Assembly: GCA_963823305.1 (NCBI GenBank)
Contig: CAWGLC010000004.1
Location: forward strand, 532,847-596,846
DNA length: 64,000 nt
Direction of reading: 5' to 3'
Source of the DNA: an uncultured Chitinophagaceae bacterium
GTDB taxonomy: Bacteria; Bacteroidota; Bacteroidia; Chitinophagales; Chitinophagaceae
Translations under genes and position numbers: made by a program
Notes under the pieces: model-generated
What the model saw: the letters and a program-made list of their open reading frames with translations, nothing else
Database searches by the model: none
What the model was told of the DNA's origin: nothing
In this document: positions 22,094 to 32,720 of the stretch, piece by piece
Numbering within the stretch: the first letter of the stretch is position 1
How the letters are laid out: every line of letters begins with the position of its first letter

Positions 22094-23254
22094 ATGACCA
22101 AAATCTTCTTTGCATTTGTAATAATAAGTGCTATGATGAACGCATGTATTAATTCCGGTAACAGGAAGCAGGCAAACACTTCTGCAACTGATATGCCCAC
22201 AACTGCGGCTAATAATCCCTTTGAAAGGATTATAAATGGTAAGCAAACGAAGTTATATATTCTCCAAAATAAAAATATTAAAGCGGCTATTACAAATTAT
22301 GGTGGAAGGCTGGTGAGTTTGTGGGTTCCTGATAAAAACGGTGCAATGACTGATGTAGTGGAGGGTTTTGATAGTCTTGATGGATATATTCATTCAACAG
22401 AACCTTACTTTGGTGCAACCATTGGTCGTTATGGAAACCGCATTGCAAAAGGTAAATTTAAAATTGATGGCATTGAATATACTTCTTCCATCAATAACGC
22501 TCCCAATACCTTGCATGGCGGTAAAAATGGATTTCAGGGAAAGATTTTTGATGCTCAACAAATGGGCGATACCGCTCTTGCGTTAACGTATGTCTCACCG
22601 GATGGCGAAGAAGGTTTTCCGGGAAACCTTCATGTAAAAGTCACCTACACACTTACGGGTAGCAATGAGCTAAAACTGGACTACGAAGCGACTACGGATA
22701 AAAAAACAGTTGTAAACCTCACCAATCACGCATTTTGGAACCTGAATGGGCAAGGAAGCGGAACGATATTGAACCATATACTACGGATTAACGCCGATTC
22801 ATACACGCCGGTTGACTCAACATTAATACCAACCGGACAAATTGAAACGGTAACTGGGACTCCCTTTGATTTTACTAAGCCAGCGGCAATAGGGAAAAGG
22901 ATTGATACCAACAGCAATGCGCAACTGAAAAATGGAAAGGGTTATGATCACAACTTTGTTCTAAATAAAAACAGCGGGCATGGATTGAATTATGCTGCAA
23001 CAATTAAGGGAGATAAAACAAAAATTCAAATGGATATTTATACGGAGGAGCCCGGGTTACAATTTTACAGCGGAAACTTTATGCAAAGTAAAAATGTAAT
23101 GAAGGGTGGAAAGAGAGATGATTTTCGTACCGCTTTTGCGTTAGAAACCCAGCACTTTCCTGATTCACCTAATCAGCCTTCGTTTCCCTCAACCATACTG
23201 GAGCCCGGCAAGACCTACCATACTGAATCCATCTATAAATTTTCGATAGATTGA
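22094..23254 (+). CDS. galM: Aldose 1-epimerase (mutarotase), lipoprotein-type
   Basis: GRYGNRI, LHGG, EEGFPG, NLTNHAFWNL, GYDHNF and ETQHFPDSPN. Confidence 0.93.
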   Translation: MTKIFFAFVIISAMMNACINSGNRKQANTSATDMPTTAANNPFERIINGKQTKLYILQNKNIKAAITNYGGRLVSLWVPDKNGAMTDVVEGFDSLDGYIHSTEPYFGATIGRYGNRIAKGKFKIDGIEYTSSINNAPNTLHGGKNGFQGKIFDAQQMGDTALALTYVSPDGEEGFPGNLHVKVTYTLTGSNELKLDYEATTDKKTVVNLTNHAFWNLNGQGSGTILNHILRINADSYTPVDSTLIPTGQIETVTGTPFDFTKPAAIGKRIDTNSNAQLKNGKGYDHNFVLNKNSGHGLNYAATIKGDKTKIQMDIYTEEPGLQFYSGNFMQSKNVMKGGKRDDFRTAFALETQHFPDSPNQPSFPSTILEPGKTYHTESIYKFSID

Positions 23255-23503
23255 ACCATGCATTCCATAATAATATAACATATCACAGAAACAAGCATTT
23301 CTGAGGGTGCATAGTTGAAAAACATTTATTTGAAATAAGGTCCATTATTTTTTCAAACACTAAAAAAATTCATGCAGAAAAGAGTATTGCCAGCGTGTAC
23401 CAAAGTTGATGAAGGCATTATGCCGGATAGTGCAACGGAATCCTATCATTGACAAATAATTTTCGTTAGCAATTCCCTTGTCCTTAAAACCCTAGGCTGT
23501 TAT

Positions 23504-23790
23504 TCAATCTCTTGGTATTTCAACATAGAAAGTAGTACCCTTTCCCTCTGTGCTTTCAAACCATATACGCCCGTTATGCCACTCAATAATAGTTTTAATA
23601 ATTGACATTCCTAATCCCGTATATGGCTCGCCGTGAATACCGGTTCTCCTGGCTTTTGTAAATTTATCAAACAAGAATGGCTGCAAGTGTACTGGTATGC
23701 CTATTCCATTATCTTGTATTTTAATAAGGACCTTTTTATTATCGGGTTCGCTAATTCTAACCTCTATAAGGCCATTATCACTGGCGAATT
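23504..23790 (-). pseudogene. Isolated histidine kinase HATPase C-terminal fragment
   Basis: In-frame IQDNGIGIP..FDKFT..TGLGMSII..HNGRIWFES..GKGTTF with no N-terminal part. Confidence 0.75.
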
Positions 23791-23800
23791 AAATTTGTTA

Positions 23801-24013
23801 CTACTCATCCTTGTATAAAATAAAAAGACCTGAAAGCAAAAACGAAAATGCGCAACTTGCCACGCAAGTTAAAAATAAAGAATTAAGGGAGGTCGCTCCA
23901 AATAGCAAACCAATGAAGAGAAGGGCAAATCCAACACCGACTATTACTAAGAAGAATGCCAATAAATGTTTATAGTCCATACCCGGTATTTTAAGGTTAG
24001 GAATATCTTTCAA
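23801..24013 (-). CDS. Small two-TM membrane protein
   Basis: Two hydrophobic stretches; likely ATG at 23980. Confidence 0.45.
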   Translation of the reverse strand: MKDIPNLKIPGMDYKHLLAFFLVIVGVGFALLFIGLLFGATSLNSLFLTCVASCAFSFLLSGLFILYKDE

Positions 24014-24468
24014 TTACTGATTACCAGCCTTCCACATGCGATAAAAAAGGAGGTTTTTCGAAATTTAAGTTTACTAAAGTATTAAAAAAAATATTAATAA
24101 GCAAAACCTATGTAATTTTTTACTTATATGTGACAGGTAAGTTTGTTCTCCCACTCCGCATATAGTTGCCAGCTTATTTAAGAAAAGACTTCTTGTAATA
24201 TCGGAACTGTGAGATTATACCATCGCTGCTATTGAGTCCGAAAACAATTTCATTATTATCTTGAGTTTTTTGCAATAAGGTTACAGCCTTATCGATTAAT
24301 GCTCTATTTCATTTCATCTCATTTGTTTGGCACTGAAAAAAATATTTACCATTTTACGGTTATGTTTTTAGAGCCGTGATTACGAACTCTTCCAAAGGAA
24401 CGATATAGATAAACTCGCTCGCTACACTTCCATCAAAGTGCGAAAATCTCTCCCGCTATACTTTGAAT

Positions 24469-26259
24469 TTAAACAGAAATTTTTTCCGGGGGATCCGGTG
24501 GCGCATCCGGGTCAACATCCACTTCAATAACACATGGATTTGGCGATGCAAAAGCCTTTGATAATACAACATGTAATTCACCCGGATTACTACATTTATA
24601 CCCTTCCGCACCGCAAGCTTCCGCTATTTTAGCAAAATTAATAGGTTGCAGTTCTATGCCATATTGTTTACTCCCAATTTCCTCCTGTTCGAATCTGTCC
24701 ATAGCAAGCACATTATTTTTGAAAATGACAACTTTCACAGGTAATTTATAGCGAACAGCGGTTGCCATTTCTCCCATGAGCATTGTAAAACTTCCATCAC
24801 CTACCATAGCAATACATTGCCGTCCTGGAAAAGCAAGTTGAGCTGCAATGGCATAAGGCAACCCAGGCGCCATACTGGCCAGGTTGCCACAAACTGTTAT
24901 TTGCTGATCAGCCTTTATTTGTAGGTGTCTTGCTGTAAAAACAGTATGTGCGCCCGTGTCAATTGAAATGTGTGAATTATCTTTTATTAACCTGCTTACC
25001 TGCGAAACAAGAAAAGGAGGTTTAATAGGAGTAGACTGGTCAGATTCCAGCTTCAATAAAGTTTTTCTCCAATCATTCATTCTTTGCTGAGAAAGTTCAA
25101 GAAAACTCCTGTCTGAGTGCTTTTTTAATTTCGGCAACAAGGCTTTCAAGGTAGCCTGCACATCGCCGCTTAGTCCGATGTCAACAGGATACCTTAGCCC
25201 GATACGCTTGGGGTCGCGGTCAATTTGTATACCCTTTGCATCTTTAGGATAATAATCAAGGTGTGGCATATTACTACCAAGTATTAAAAGTGTCTCACAT
25301 TCTGCCATCATTTGTTTGGACGGCAAAGTTCCCAAACGGCCGGTTCCGCCCGTTGTAAACGGTGAGTCATCTGGTAAAAGCGCTTTGCCTAATAACGCTT
25401 TTGCAACAGGAGCCCCTAATATCTCTGCCACCTGTAAAACTTCATCCCTGGCTTTTAACGCACCCCTTCCCGCAAGTATCATTATTTTAGAACTACTGTT
25501 CAAGAGGTTAGCTGCGTGTTCCAGTTCATTATCCACAGGAACATCGATATGCGGCATAAAAGCTGACGAACCCATAAGATGTCCTCCTTTTTCCGAATGT
25601 TTATCTTCACTTAATGCTTTTTGCTGAATGTCTGTAGCAATGGTAATATGTGATACGCCAAGCGTTGTAAGAGCAGTTCTGCATGCAAGGTCAACAACTG
25701 TCTGGGCGTGAACAGGGCCAGATATTTGCTGGTTGTACACTGCAATGTCTTCCAGCATAGCAACTGTATTCACCTCCTGCGTGAACTTTGTTCCAAGAAG
25801 ATCATGCGGAATAACGCCGGTAATAGCCAGCACCGGCGCGCCTTCCATTGCTGCATCGTACAAGCCATTCATCAGATGCACTGCGCCCGGACCTGTTGTC
25901 CCAAGACAAACTCCTAACTTCCCGGTGCATTTGGCATATCCGCTTGCCATAAAAGCTGCACCTTCTTCATGTCTTACAGTGATCAGGCGTATCTGATCTT
26001 TTCTTTTTCTAAGTGCTTCAAAAATCGGGTTCACGCCATCGCCAACCAGTGAAAAAATCATTTCAACTTCCCATGCAATTATCTTATCTACCAGGATATC
26101 TGCTGTATTATCTGAAGGGTTATACTGTTTTTCATTTTGTACCCTGTTAATATTTTTATTAACCCCACGATTTTTAAAAATGGAAGGTATTAATTGAGTG
26201 CCCACAACAGTTAATGTAGAATCCCGCATAAATTTTCTTCTGGAAGTCTTTTTGGACAT
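24469..26259 (-). CDS. poxB: ThDP/FAD-dependent pyruvate oxidase/dehydrogenase (PoxB-like) with N-terminal SRRKFM extension
   Basis: VRHEEGAAF, GPGAVHLMNGLYDA, IQID, GDGSF...NN ThDP motif. Confidence 0.85.
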   Translation of the reverse strand: MSKKTSRRKFMRDSTLTVVGTQLIPSIFKNRGVNKNINRVQNEKQYNPSDNTADILVDKIIAWEVEMIFSLVGDGVNPIFEALRKRKDQIRLITVRHEEGAAFMASGYAKCTGKLGVCLGTTGPGAVHLMNGLYDAAMEGAPVLAITGVIPHDLLGTKFTQEVNTVAMLEDIAVYNQQISGPVHAQTVVDLACRTALTTLGVSHITIATDIQQKALSEDKHSEKGGHLMGSSAFMPHIDVPVDNELEHAANLLNSSSKIMILAGRGALKARDEVLQVAEILGAPVAKALLGKALLPDDSPFTTGGTGRLGTLPSKQMMAECETLLILGSNMPHLDYYPKDAKGIQIDRDPKRIGLRYPVDIGLSGDVQATLKALLPKLKKHSDRSFLELSQQRMNDWRKTLLKLESDQSTPIKPPFLVSQVSRLIKDNSHISIDTGAHTVFTARHLQIKADQQITVCGNLASMAPGLPYAIAAQLAFPGRQCIAMVGDGSFTMLMGEMATAVRYKLPVKVVIFKNNVLAMDRFEQEEIGSKQYGIELQPINFAKIAEACGAEGYKCSNPGELHVVLSKAFASPNPCVIEVDVDPDAPPDPPEKISV

Positions 26260-26282
26260 CTGTTTAATTTTGAAGGGTTATC

Positions 26283-26355
26283 ACAAAAAAACTGCCATTC
26301 ATTTTTATTAAAACTTCTTATAATTATTGTGATTGACGTATGGCACAATTTTAAT
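26283..26355. promoter_or_regulatory. Divergent sigma54-like elements
   Basis: (-) TGGCAGTTTTTTTGT at 26297-26283 and (+) TGGCACAATTTTAAT at 26341-26355. Confidence 0.55.
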
Positions 26356-26397
26356 GAATTTAGTTCTTAAAGCATATTCAATAAAAAAAACAAAACA

Positions 26398-26922
26398 ATG
26401 ATCAGGGTTTTATCGAGCATTAAAAAATTTGATAAAGTGATTGAAAAGAATGTTCCAGATAAACACGTTTTAGTCTCTTCCAAAGTCCAACTAATTTTTA
26501 AATGGTTGCCCGTATTATGGGTGCTTATTGCGAATGCAACAGGGGTAAAAACGAAGAACCGGATTATCGCAAGGATACTGATAATCGCGTTTTCAGAAAT
26601 AATTTTGAATAGCTTTGTTCAGCCTTTTAAAAAGTTGTTGCGCCGCCGGAGGCCACACTCTCTTTTTAAATATAACTCCTTTCCCTCCGGGCATACAGCA
26701 ACTTCATTTTCGGGGGCAGAAATTTTGCATCACCAGGTTAAAAAATATTCGCCTTTCGTAAGCGTCGCGGGATATATGATTGCCTTAATTACAGCGGCCC
26801 TAAGACTTTATGAAAGAAAACACTGGATGTCTGATATTATTGCCGGCGCTATAATCGGAAGTATTTCAGCCAGGCTTTCTCAGTTCACATATGACCAACT
26901 ATTTGATACGGACTATGTGTAA
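26398..26922 (+). CDS. PAP2 family phosphatase
   Basis: K....R.RP, SFPSGH and R.Y..KHW.SD motifs. Confidence 0.9.
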   Translation: MIRVLSSIKKFDKVIEKNVPDKHVLVSSKVQLIFKWLPVLWVLIANATGVKTKNRIIARILIIAFSEIILNSFVQPFKKLLRRRRPHSLFKYNSFPSGHTATSFSGAEILHHQVKKYSPFVSVAGYMIALITAALRLYERKHWMSDIIAGAIIGSISARLSQFTYDQLFDTDYV

Positions 26923-27663
26923 AAATCTCCCCATTATAAATTAAACTCATTTGTTTTGTTCCCGGTCCATGTTATCATCTAAACCAATGGTTTGAGGCTC
27001 ACGAACATTTTTTATGAATGAGAACAAATTGCTCAATGACTATACTATTGCATTTAATTATCGTGTGGAAAATGGTAAAGGGTAATTGGAGCTGGCCCTT
27101 TTGGATTATAGAAAGTTATAACGAATCAGGTCAGAGATCTGCAGCTAAGGAAAGATGACGAACTTGAATTAGTTTTTGTGAAATCTCAATTTAAAAACAA
27201 ACGTCCAGTAACGCTGCTAACACTTTAAAAGTTATTAAAACTTGCAGACATGTTGACTGTTTAATGAGATATTGATACAACACCGCATCTGTTATTGCGC
27301 AACAGAATTCCTCATTTTGTCATCATAATTTTTTCAAGAAAAATTTTTTTATTAGCTAGGTTAATCTGAAAATGACGCAGACTCTGTAAAGAAACGCTAT
27401 GGTGAAACAACTTTCATTCCTAATTGATACGCCATTTTCTAGGGAATTTTTTTAATTTTAGCTTCATATTTCTCAAGTCCTAAATCAAAATGCCTTATGT
27501 TGTCGGAGGAGTATTAATCTGAAACTTTATTTCTGCGCTGTCTCATACAACCTTTTAAATTATTATAGAGCGTTATTCTAGTCTGCGACTAAGGATATTC
27601 TTTTAAAATAACTATAGTACATAGACGAATACCTGGATACATTTTTTGCAAAGTCTTCCACCC

Positions 27664-27745
27664 AAAAAAAATAGCCACGGTGGAAACCGCGGCCCATATC
27701 AAAACTAACTATTAATGAGAATATTACTTCTCAAACGCACCAAAA
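27664..27745 (-). ncRNA. Candidate small RNA copy 2
   Basis: Core TAGTTAGTTTTGA, then hairpin GCCGCGGT-TTCC-ACCGTGGC and a T tract. Confidence 0.4.
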
Positions 27746-27831
27746 TAATTTCAAAAAATAGTAACCTTTACAAGAAAACTTCCCGGTAGCTAACAGGCAA
27801 GGCCACACGCAATCGGACCATTGATAACAAT

Positions 27832-28008
27832 TTATTTCCCCAGCTTTTTCTCAACCTTCTCCCTGGAATTGCCTTCCGTCTTAACTGCTTTTTTTACTTC
27901 CTCAGCTGTTTTGCCCGTTTTATTTTTTTCGTAGTTCACTTCATAATCCTGGCCGCCGGCAACCTTTGCGCGGTCCTGGTTGCGGCCTCTTGTTGTTTTT
28001 TCGTTCAT
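27832..28008 (-). CDS. DUF3606-like small stress protein; 1-nt frameshift near the end; absent from ORF track
   Basis: MNEKTTRGRNQDRAKVAGGQDYEVNYEKNKTGKTAEEVKKAVKTEGNSR..VEKKLGK*. Confidence 0.75.
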   Translation of the reverse strand: MNEKTTRGRNQDRAKVAGGQDYEVNYEKNKTGKTAEEVKKAVKTEGNSREKVEKKLGK

Positions 28009-28031
28009 AGTATTTGTTTTAATTCATTGCC

Positions 28032-28094
28032 TTAAAAATTATGCCATAACTAATCTTAACTAAAGTGATTTCCTCACATTGGCACAAATTTTCC
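28032..28094. promoter_or_regulatory. Back-to-back sigma54-like elements (DUF3606 / ligD)
   Basis: (-) TGGCATAATTTTTAA at 28046-28032 and (+) TGGCACAAATTTTCC at 28080-28094. Confidence 0.6.
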
Positions 28095-28106
28095 TTTAAG
28101 CTTTCT

Positions 28107-30730
28107 ATGTCTTTAACCGAGTATAAGAAAAAGCGCTCCTTTGATAAAACTCCCGAGCCCACTGGCGGCAAGCCTACCGATAAAAAACTTCATTTCGTTA
28201 TTCAGAAACATCATGCTTCTCATTTACATTATGATTTCCGGCTTGAGTTAAGAGGCATTCTGAAAAGCTGGGCCGTGCCCAAAGGCCCTTCGATGGATCC
28301 ATCCGAAAAACGATTGGCAATGTTAGTAGAAGATCATCCATGGGATTATCGCGACTTTGAAGGGATCATTCCTTCAGGATATGGAAAAGGCACCGTGATA
28401 GTATGGGATGAGGGAACCTATGAAACAAGCGCCGTACATCAAAAGGATAAAAAAGAGCAGGAGCATTCAATTACTTCACAATTCTGGAAAGGTGAAATCA
28501 TTCTTGAGTTACATGGCCATAAAGTAAAAGGAGCTTTTAAATTAAAACGTGCAAGAGAAAAAGGCGATAACGCCTGGTATCTGGTAAAGCAACAAGATAA
28601 ATACGCAACAACAAAAGACATTACGCAAAAGGATAAATCTGTTCTCTCAAAGCAAACGTTGGAGCAGGTTGCAGCGAACCCTGGCAAGAGAATGGCAAAG
28701 CCATAAGCCGGCCTGGAAAAAAGAAACAACCGAAGTTTCCAGTGATGAGATAACATCAATTCAAAAAAAAGGTGTCAAATCAGCAATGCCGCATAGCATT
28801 TCTCCAATGCTGTGTACCTTAATAAAAAAACCTTTCAACGATCCGGAATGGATCTATGAAGTAAAATGGGATGGCTATAGAATTATTGCCTTCATTAAGA
28901 AAAATAAGGTTGTTTTAAAATCAAGAGGCGACCAGGATTACACACATAAATATGCAGGACGTGGCAAATGCGTGTAAGGATATCCGTTATGATGCGATAA
29001 TTGATGGCGAAGTAGTTGTGCTGGATGCAAATGGCAATCCGGATTTCTCTGCCCTGCAGAATTACAAACAAGGCGATACAATTGCTTTCTATGTTTTTGA
29101 TTGTCTTTGGTGCGATGGCTATGATCTCATGGGCTCTGCCCTTAACGGAGCGGAAACAATTACTTAAAGACATCCTACCTGTAAATGATGTGATCAAATT
29201 CAGTGAAAGCTTTGAGGATGGCCTTGGTTTATTTGATAACGTAAAAAAGCTCGGTATTGAAGGGATCGTGGCCAAAAGAAAAGACAGCATTTACACACCC
29301 GGGAAGAAAAGGAAACTCATGGTACAAAGCCAAGCTCAGTAAACGCCAGGAATATGTTATCGGCGGCTGGACCGAAAGTGATAACGGCAGGCTTTTCAGG
29401 TCATTGATATTTGGACATTATGTGGATGGTCAGTTTACCTATGTACATCATTCCGGCGGAGGGTTTACTGATAAACAGGCGAAAGAATTATCAACGAAAT
29501 TAAAAAAACTTGAAATTGATGAAAGTCCGTTTGTAAATAAAGTGGACATAAAAGCCAGGAAGCATTGGGCGAAACCCGAACTCGTTGCAGAGTTTGATAA
29601 GTCTGTCCAAACTACAAAGAGCGGGCACATCAGGCATCCTGCGATATTTGTGGCATTGCGTGATGACAAGAAAGCCCGTGATGTGGTAGAAGAATTACCT
29701 AAACCTGTCAGCACTGAAAAACCAGCAAAATTAAATGCACAAAATAAACCTCTTTCAAAAGCAAAAAATGACCAGATTGAAACCGGTAGTTGGGAATTAT
29801 TAGAGCAAAGAAAGATTACCAGTGAGAATGAATTAATTATTGATGGCCATAAAATCAATTTGATCAATATTGAAAGAGAGTTATGGCCGGGTATTACAAA
29901 AGCTGAACTGATTGAATATTATATTTCGATCGCTGATTATATTCTGCCGCATTTAAAAGACCGGCCACTCGGATTAAATATTTGTTTAAACACTGCAGCA
30001 CAGGGAGGATTTTTTATAAGAGGTATGGAAGGCAGAGCTCCGTCCTGGGCAACTATTTTTACCACAGACAGAAAACATAAAGCGAAAGGTAAAAGCGATA
30101 CTATTGAATGGCTGGTATGCGATAACAAAGCAACCCTTGTCTACATAGTCAATCTGGAATCAATAGACATCCATCCCTGGACGTCGCGTATTGATTCCCC
30201 TAATGATCCTGATTATATTGTTATTGATCTTGACCCTTCTGATGATGACTTTAATAAAGTCATTGACACGGCGCTTAGCCGCTAAAAAAGTGTTCGATAC
30301 GTATAAGTTGAAATCTTTTGTAAAAACTTCCGGCAAGACCGGTTTGCATCTTTTAATACCCTGCACAGGTATTGCCTTTGGAGATTCCCGGAAGATCGCG
30401 GAGCATATTTGTAAATTGATTCATGAAGAAGTTCCGGACATTACCACCACGAATGTTTCTGTGAACAGCCGGGGAAATAAATTATACATTGACCCCAATC
30501 AAAATGATTACGCAGATAGAGTTGCTGCCGCATATTGCGTACGGGCTTATCATTCTCCCACAGTATCGACACCGTTAGAGTGGAAGGAAGTGAATTCAAA
30601 ATTAAACCCTCACGATTTTACAATAAAAACGATTGCTAAAAGATTAGAAAAGAAAGGAGATTTATTTAAAGATATTCTGAATGAAAAAACCAAGGTGTCG
30701 AATACAAAGATTTTAAAAAGTTTCTTATAA
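28107..30730 (+). CDS. ligD: NHEJ DNA ligase D (phosphoesterase-ligase-polymerase), frameshifted
   Basis: FVIQKHHASHLHYDFRLE, EVKWDGYR, DGEVV, EGIVAKR, VIGGWT, IDLDP, KTSGKTGLH and STPLEW. Confidence 0.93.
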
Positions 30731-30832
30731 TAAGTTGCCTTGCGCATGAAGCCACTTGTTATGATTGTGTGCCAGTTACAACCTTTTAATTAAAATCTTT
30801 TTGTCTTTCTCATTTGTAAAATATAGTTCTTA

Positions 30833-30847
30833 TGGCATAAATGTTGA
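30833..30847 (+). promoter_or_regulatory. sigma54-like element; predicted start next to the cinA ATG
   Basis: TGGCA-TAAATG-TTGA with ATG 27 nt after the first T, the same spacing as at ligD. Confidence 0.6.
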
Positions 30848-30859
30848 AGTTGCACCTGC

Positions 30860-31336
30860 ATGAATCTTTTGGTAAATGCGCTTATCAAATCCCTAAAGAA
30901 AAATAATTTAACCCTTGCACTTGCTGAAAGTGTCACTTGTGGTATGGCGTCAGCTGCTTTAGGCAATGGACCAGGCACAGCCGATGTTTTTAAGGGAAGC
31001 ATTGTTTGCTACTCGCCCGATGTAAAAATGAAATTGCTTAATGTTTCAAAAGCAAACATAAAAAAATATACCTGTGAATCACACGAAGTAACAATGCTGC
31101 TAAGCAAACATCTAAGACAGCTTATTAAAGCCGACATATATGCAGCAGTTACCGGGCTGGCCTCTGAAGGAGGAAGCGAAACAAAAACAAAGCCTGTGGG
31201 GACCGTATTCTTTTGCATTCTAAAAAATAATAGGACTTACAGCTATAAAAAACTCTATAAGGGAAGCCCCTTGCAAATAAAGAAAAAGGCTTGTAAGGAA
31301 TTGTATCAATTAATCCTAAAAACAATAAACAAATGA
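30860..31336 (+). CDS. CinA C-terminal / PncC NMN deamidase family
   Basis: LALAESVTCG, VTGLA and KPVGTV motifs. Confidence 0.88.
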   Translation: MNLLVNALIKSLKKNNLTLALAESVTCGMASAALGNGPGTADVFKGSIVCYSPDVKMKLLNVSKANIKKYTCESHEVTMLLSKHLRQLIKADIYAAVTGLASEGGSETKTKPVGTVFFCILKNNRTYSYKKLYKGSPLQIKKKACKELYQLILKTINK

Positions 31337-31842
31337 AATTTCCCGGAGCTTTTACTAAAAAAGGAACAGTGCATGTAATTATTGAAACACCTTATAAAAG
31401 CAGGAACAAACTAACCTTTGATAAAGCAACAGAATTGTTTAAACTTACAAATGTGATTCCTTCAGGCCTTGAGTTCCCCTGTGATATGGGATTTATACCC
31501 AATACTAAAGGAGAAGATGGTGATCCGTTAGATGCCCTGATACTTATGGATGAAATCACTTACCCTGGCTGCCTTATTGAATGTCGCTTGCTCGGGGCTA
31601 TTAAAGCAATCCAAAAAGAAGGGAAAGATAAATTTGAAAACGACCGGTTTATTTTTGTGCCTGCTGAAATGAAGGAGTATAATCATTTAAAAAGTATCAG
31701 GGATTTAAATAAATCTAAAATAAAGTCGATCGTTGAATTTTTTAAAGACTATAATAAAAAAGAAGGTAAAAAATTTAAGCTGGATCGTATAACAGGCAGA
31801 AACGAAGCTGAAGGTTTAATAAAAAAACAGCTGGTTGAATAA
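31333..31842 (+). CDS. ppa: Family I inorganic pyrophosphatase
   Basis: GFIPNT.GEDGDPLDAL and ENDR motifs. Confidence 0.9.
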   Translation: MKFPGAFTKKGTVHVIIETPYKSRNKLTFDKATELFKLTNVIPSGLEFPCDMGFIPNTKGEDGDPLDALILMDEITYPGCLIECRLLGAIKAIQKEGKDKFENDRFIFVPAEMKEYNHLKSIRDLNKSKIKSIVEFFKDYNKKEGKKFKLDRITGRNEAEGLIKKQLVE

Positions 31843-31843
31843 C

Positions 31844-32338
31844 ATGGAAACACTAATTAAAATATTCGGACAGGGACATGATCTTACTATCTTACAAATG
31901 GTCGCAAGAGGTATTGTGATATTTATCATTGCATTAATAATAATAAGATTATCCGGCCGCCGGTCCTTTGGAATGCACATGCCGCTGGACAATGTAATCA
32001 CTATTCTACTAGGAGCCATACTAAGCCGTGCCGTAGTAGGCGCGTCACCGTTTATTGCTACGGTGGTCACCTGTTTTATTATAGCTATAGCACATCGTAT
32101 TTGCAGCACGTTTGCTTTTTATAATAATACTTTCGGACATCTCACTAAAGGAGAAGAGATGATTTTATATGTAGATGGTGAGCTAAGAGAAAACAATCTT
32201 AAACGATGCATGATCAGCAAAAAAGATTTGGTAGAAGGAATTCGTCTCAATGCGAATATCAATTCCCTGGAAGAAGCTGAATGCGTATATATGGAAAGGA
32301 ACGGGCAGATTAGTGTAATTAAGAAAAAAAGAAATTAA
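31844..32338 (+). CDS. DUF421/YetF membrane protein
   Basis: RLSGRRSF, ILLGAILSR and ERNGQISV. Confidence 0.85.
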   Translation: METLIKIFGQGHDLTILQMVARGIVIFIIALIIIRLSGRRSFGMHMPLDNVITILLGAILSRAVVGASPFIATVVTCFIIAIAHRICSTFAFYNNTFGHLTKGEEMILYVDGELRENNLKRCMISKKDLVEGIRLNANINSLEEAECVYMERNGQISVIKKKRN

Positions 32339-32457
32339 GGCTAACGTAAAGCCATAGCACTACGTGTCCCACTAGTTGCATTTTGCTGTCTTTATCCTGA
32401 AACTAAAAAATCCTTGAATCATCTCAGAATTACTTCTCAATCACTTTGTATTAAACA

Positions 32458-32472
32458 TGGCATAATTTTTAT
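32458..32472 (+). promoter_or_regulatory. sigma54-like element
   Basis: TGGCA-TAATTT-TTAT about 250 nt upstream of the GT4 gene. Confidence 0.45.
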
Positions 32473-32720
32473 ATTAGATTACAAAGCGATTTTTAAAGAG
32501 AAAACTCCCAAGGTCGAATCGAGGAAGATCCACGTTTGCCGTCGCCCAGGTTCATTGGAAGATGCTTAAAAAGATTTTTCCTTAGGAAATCATGGGCAGC
32601 GTTTTTCTTTATCATAAATAGGTTGGTGAGAATTGCGTGCCCGATTCTTCAAGAGGGGAATTGAGCCTTCTTTACAACAAAAAGTTTTTGGTTTATAATT
32701 TAAACAATTTATAACCTTAT

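Noticed and set aside
28107-30730. LigD without Ku as a novel repair system
   Set aside because: ku is often unlinked from ligD; its absence from one window is uninformative.
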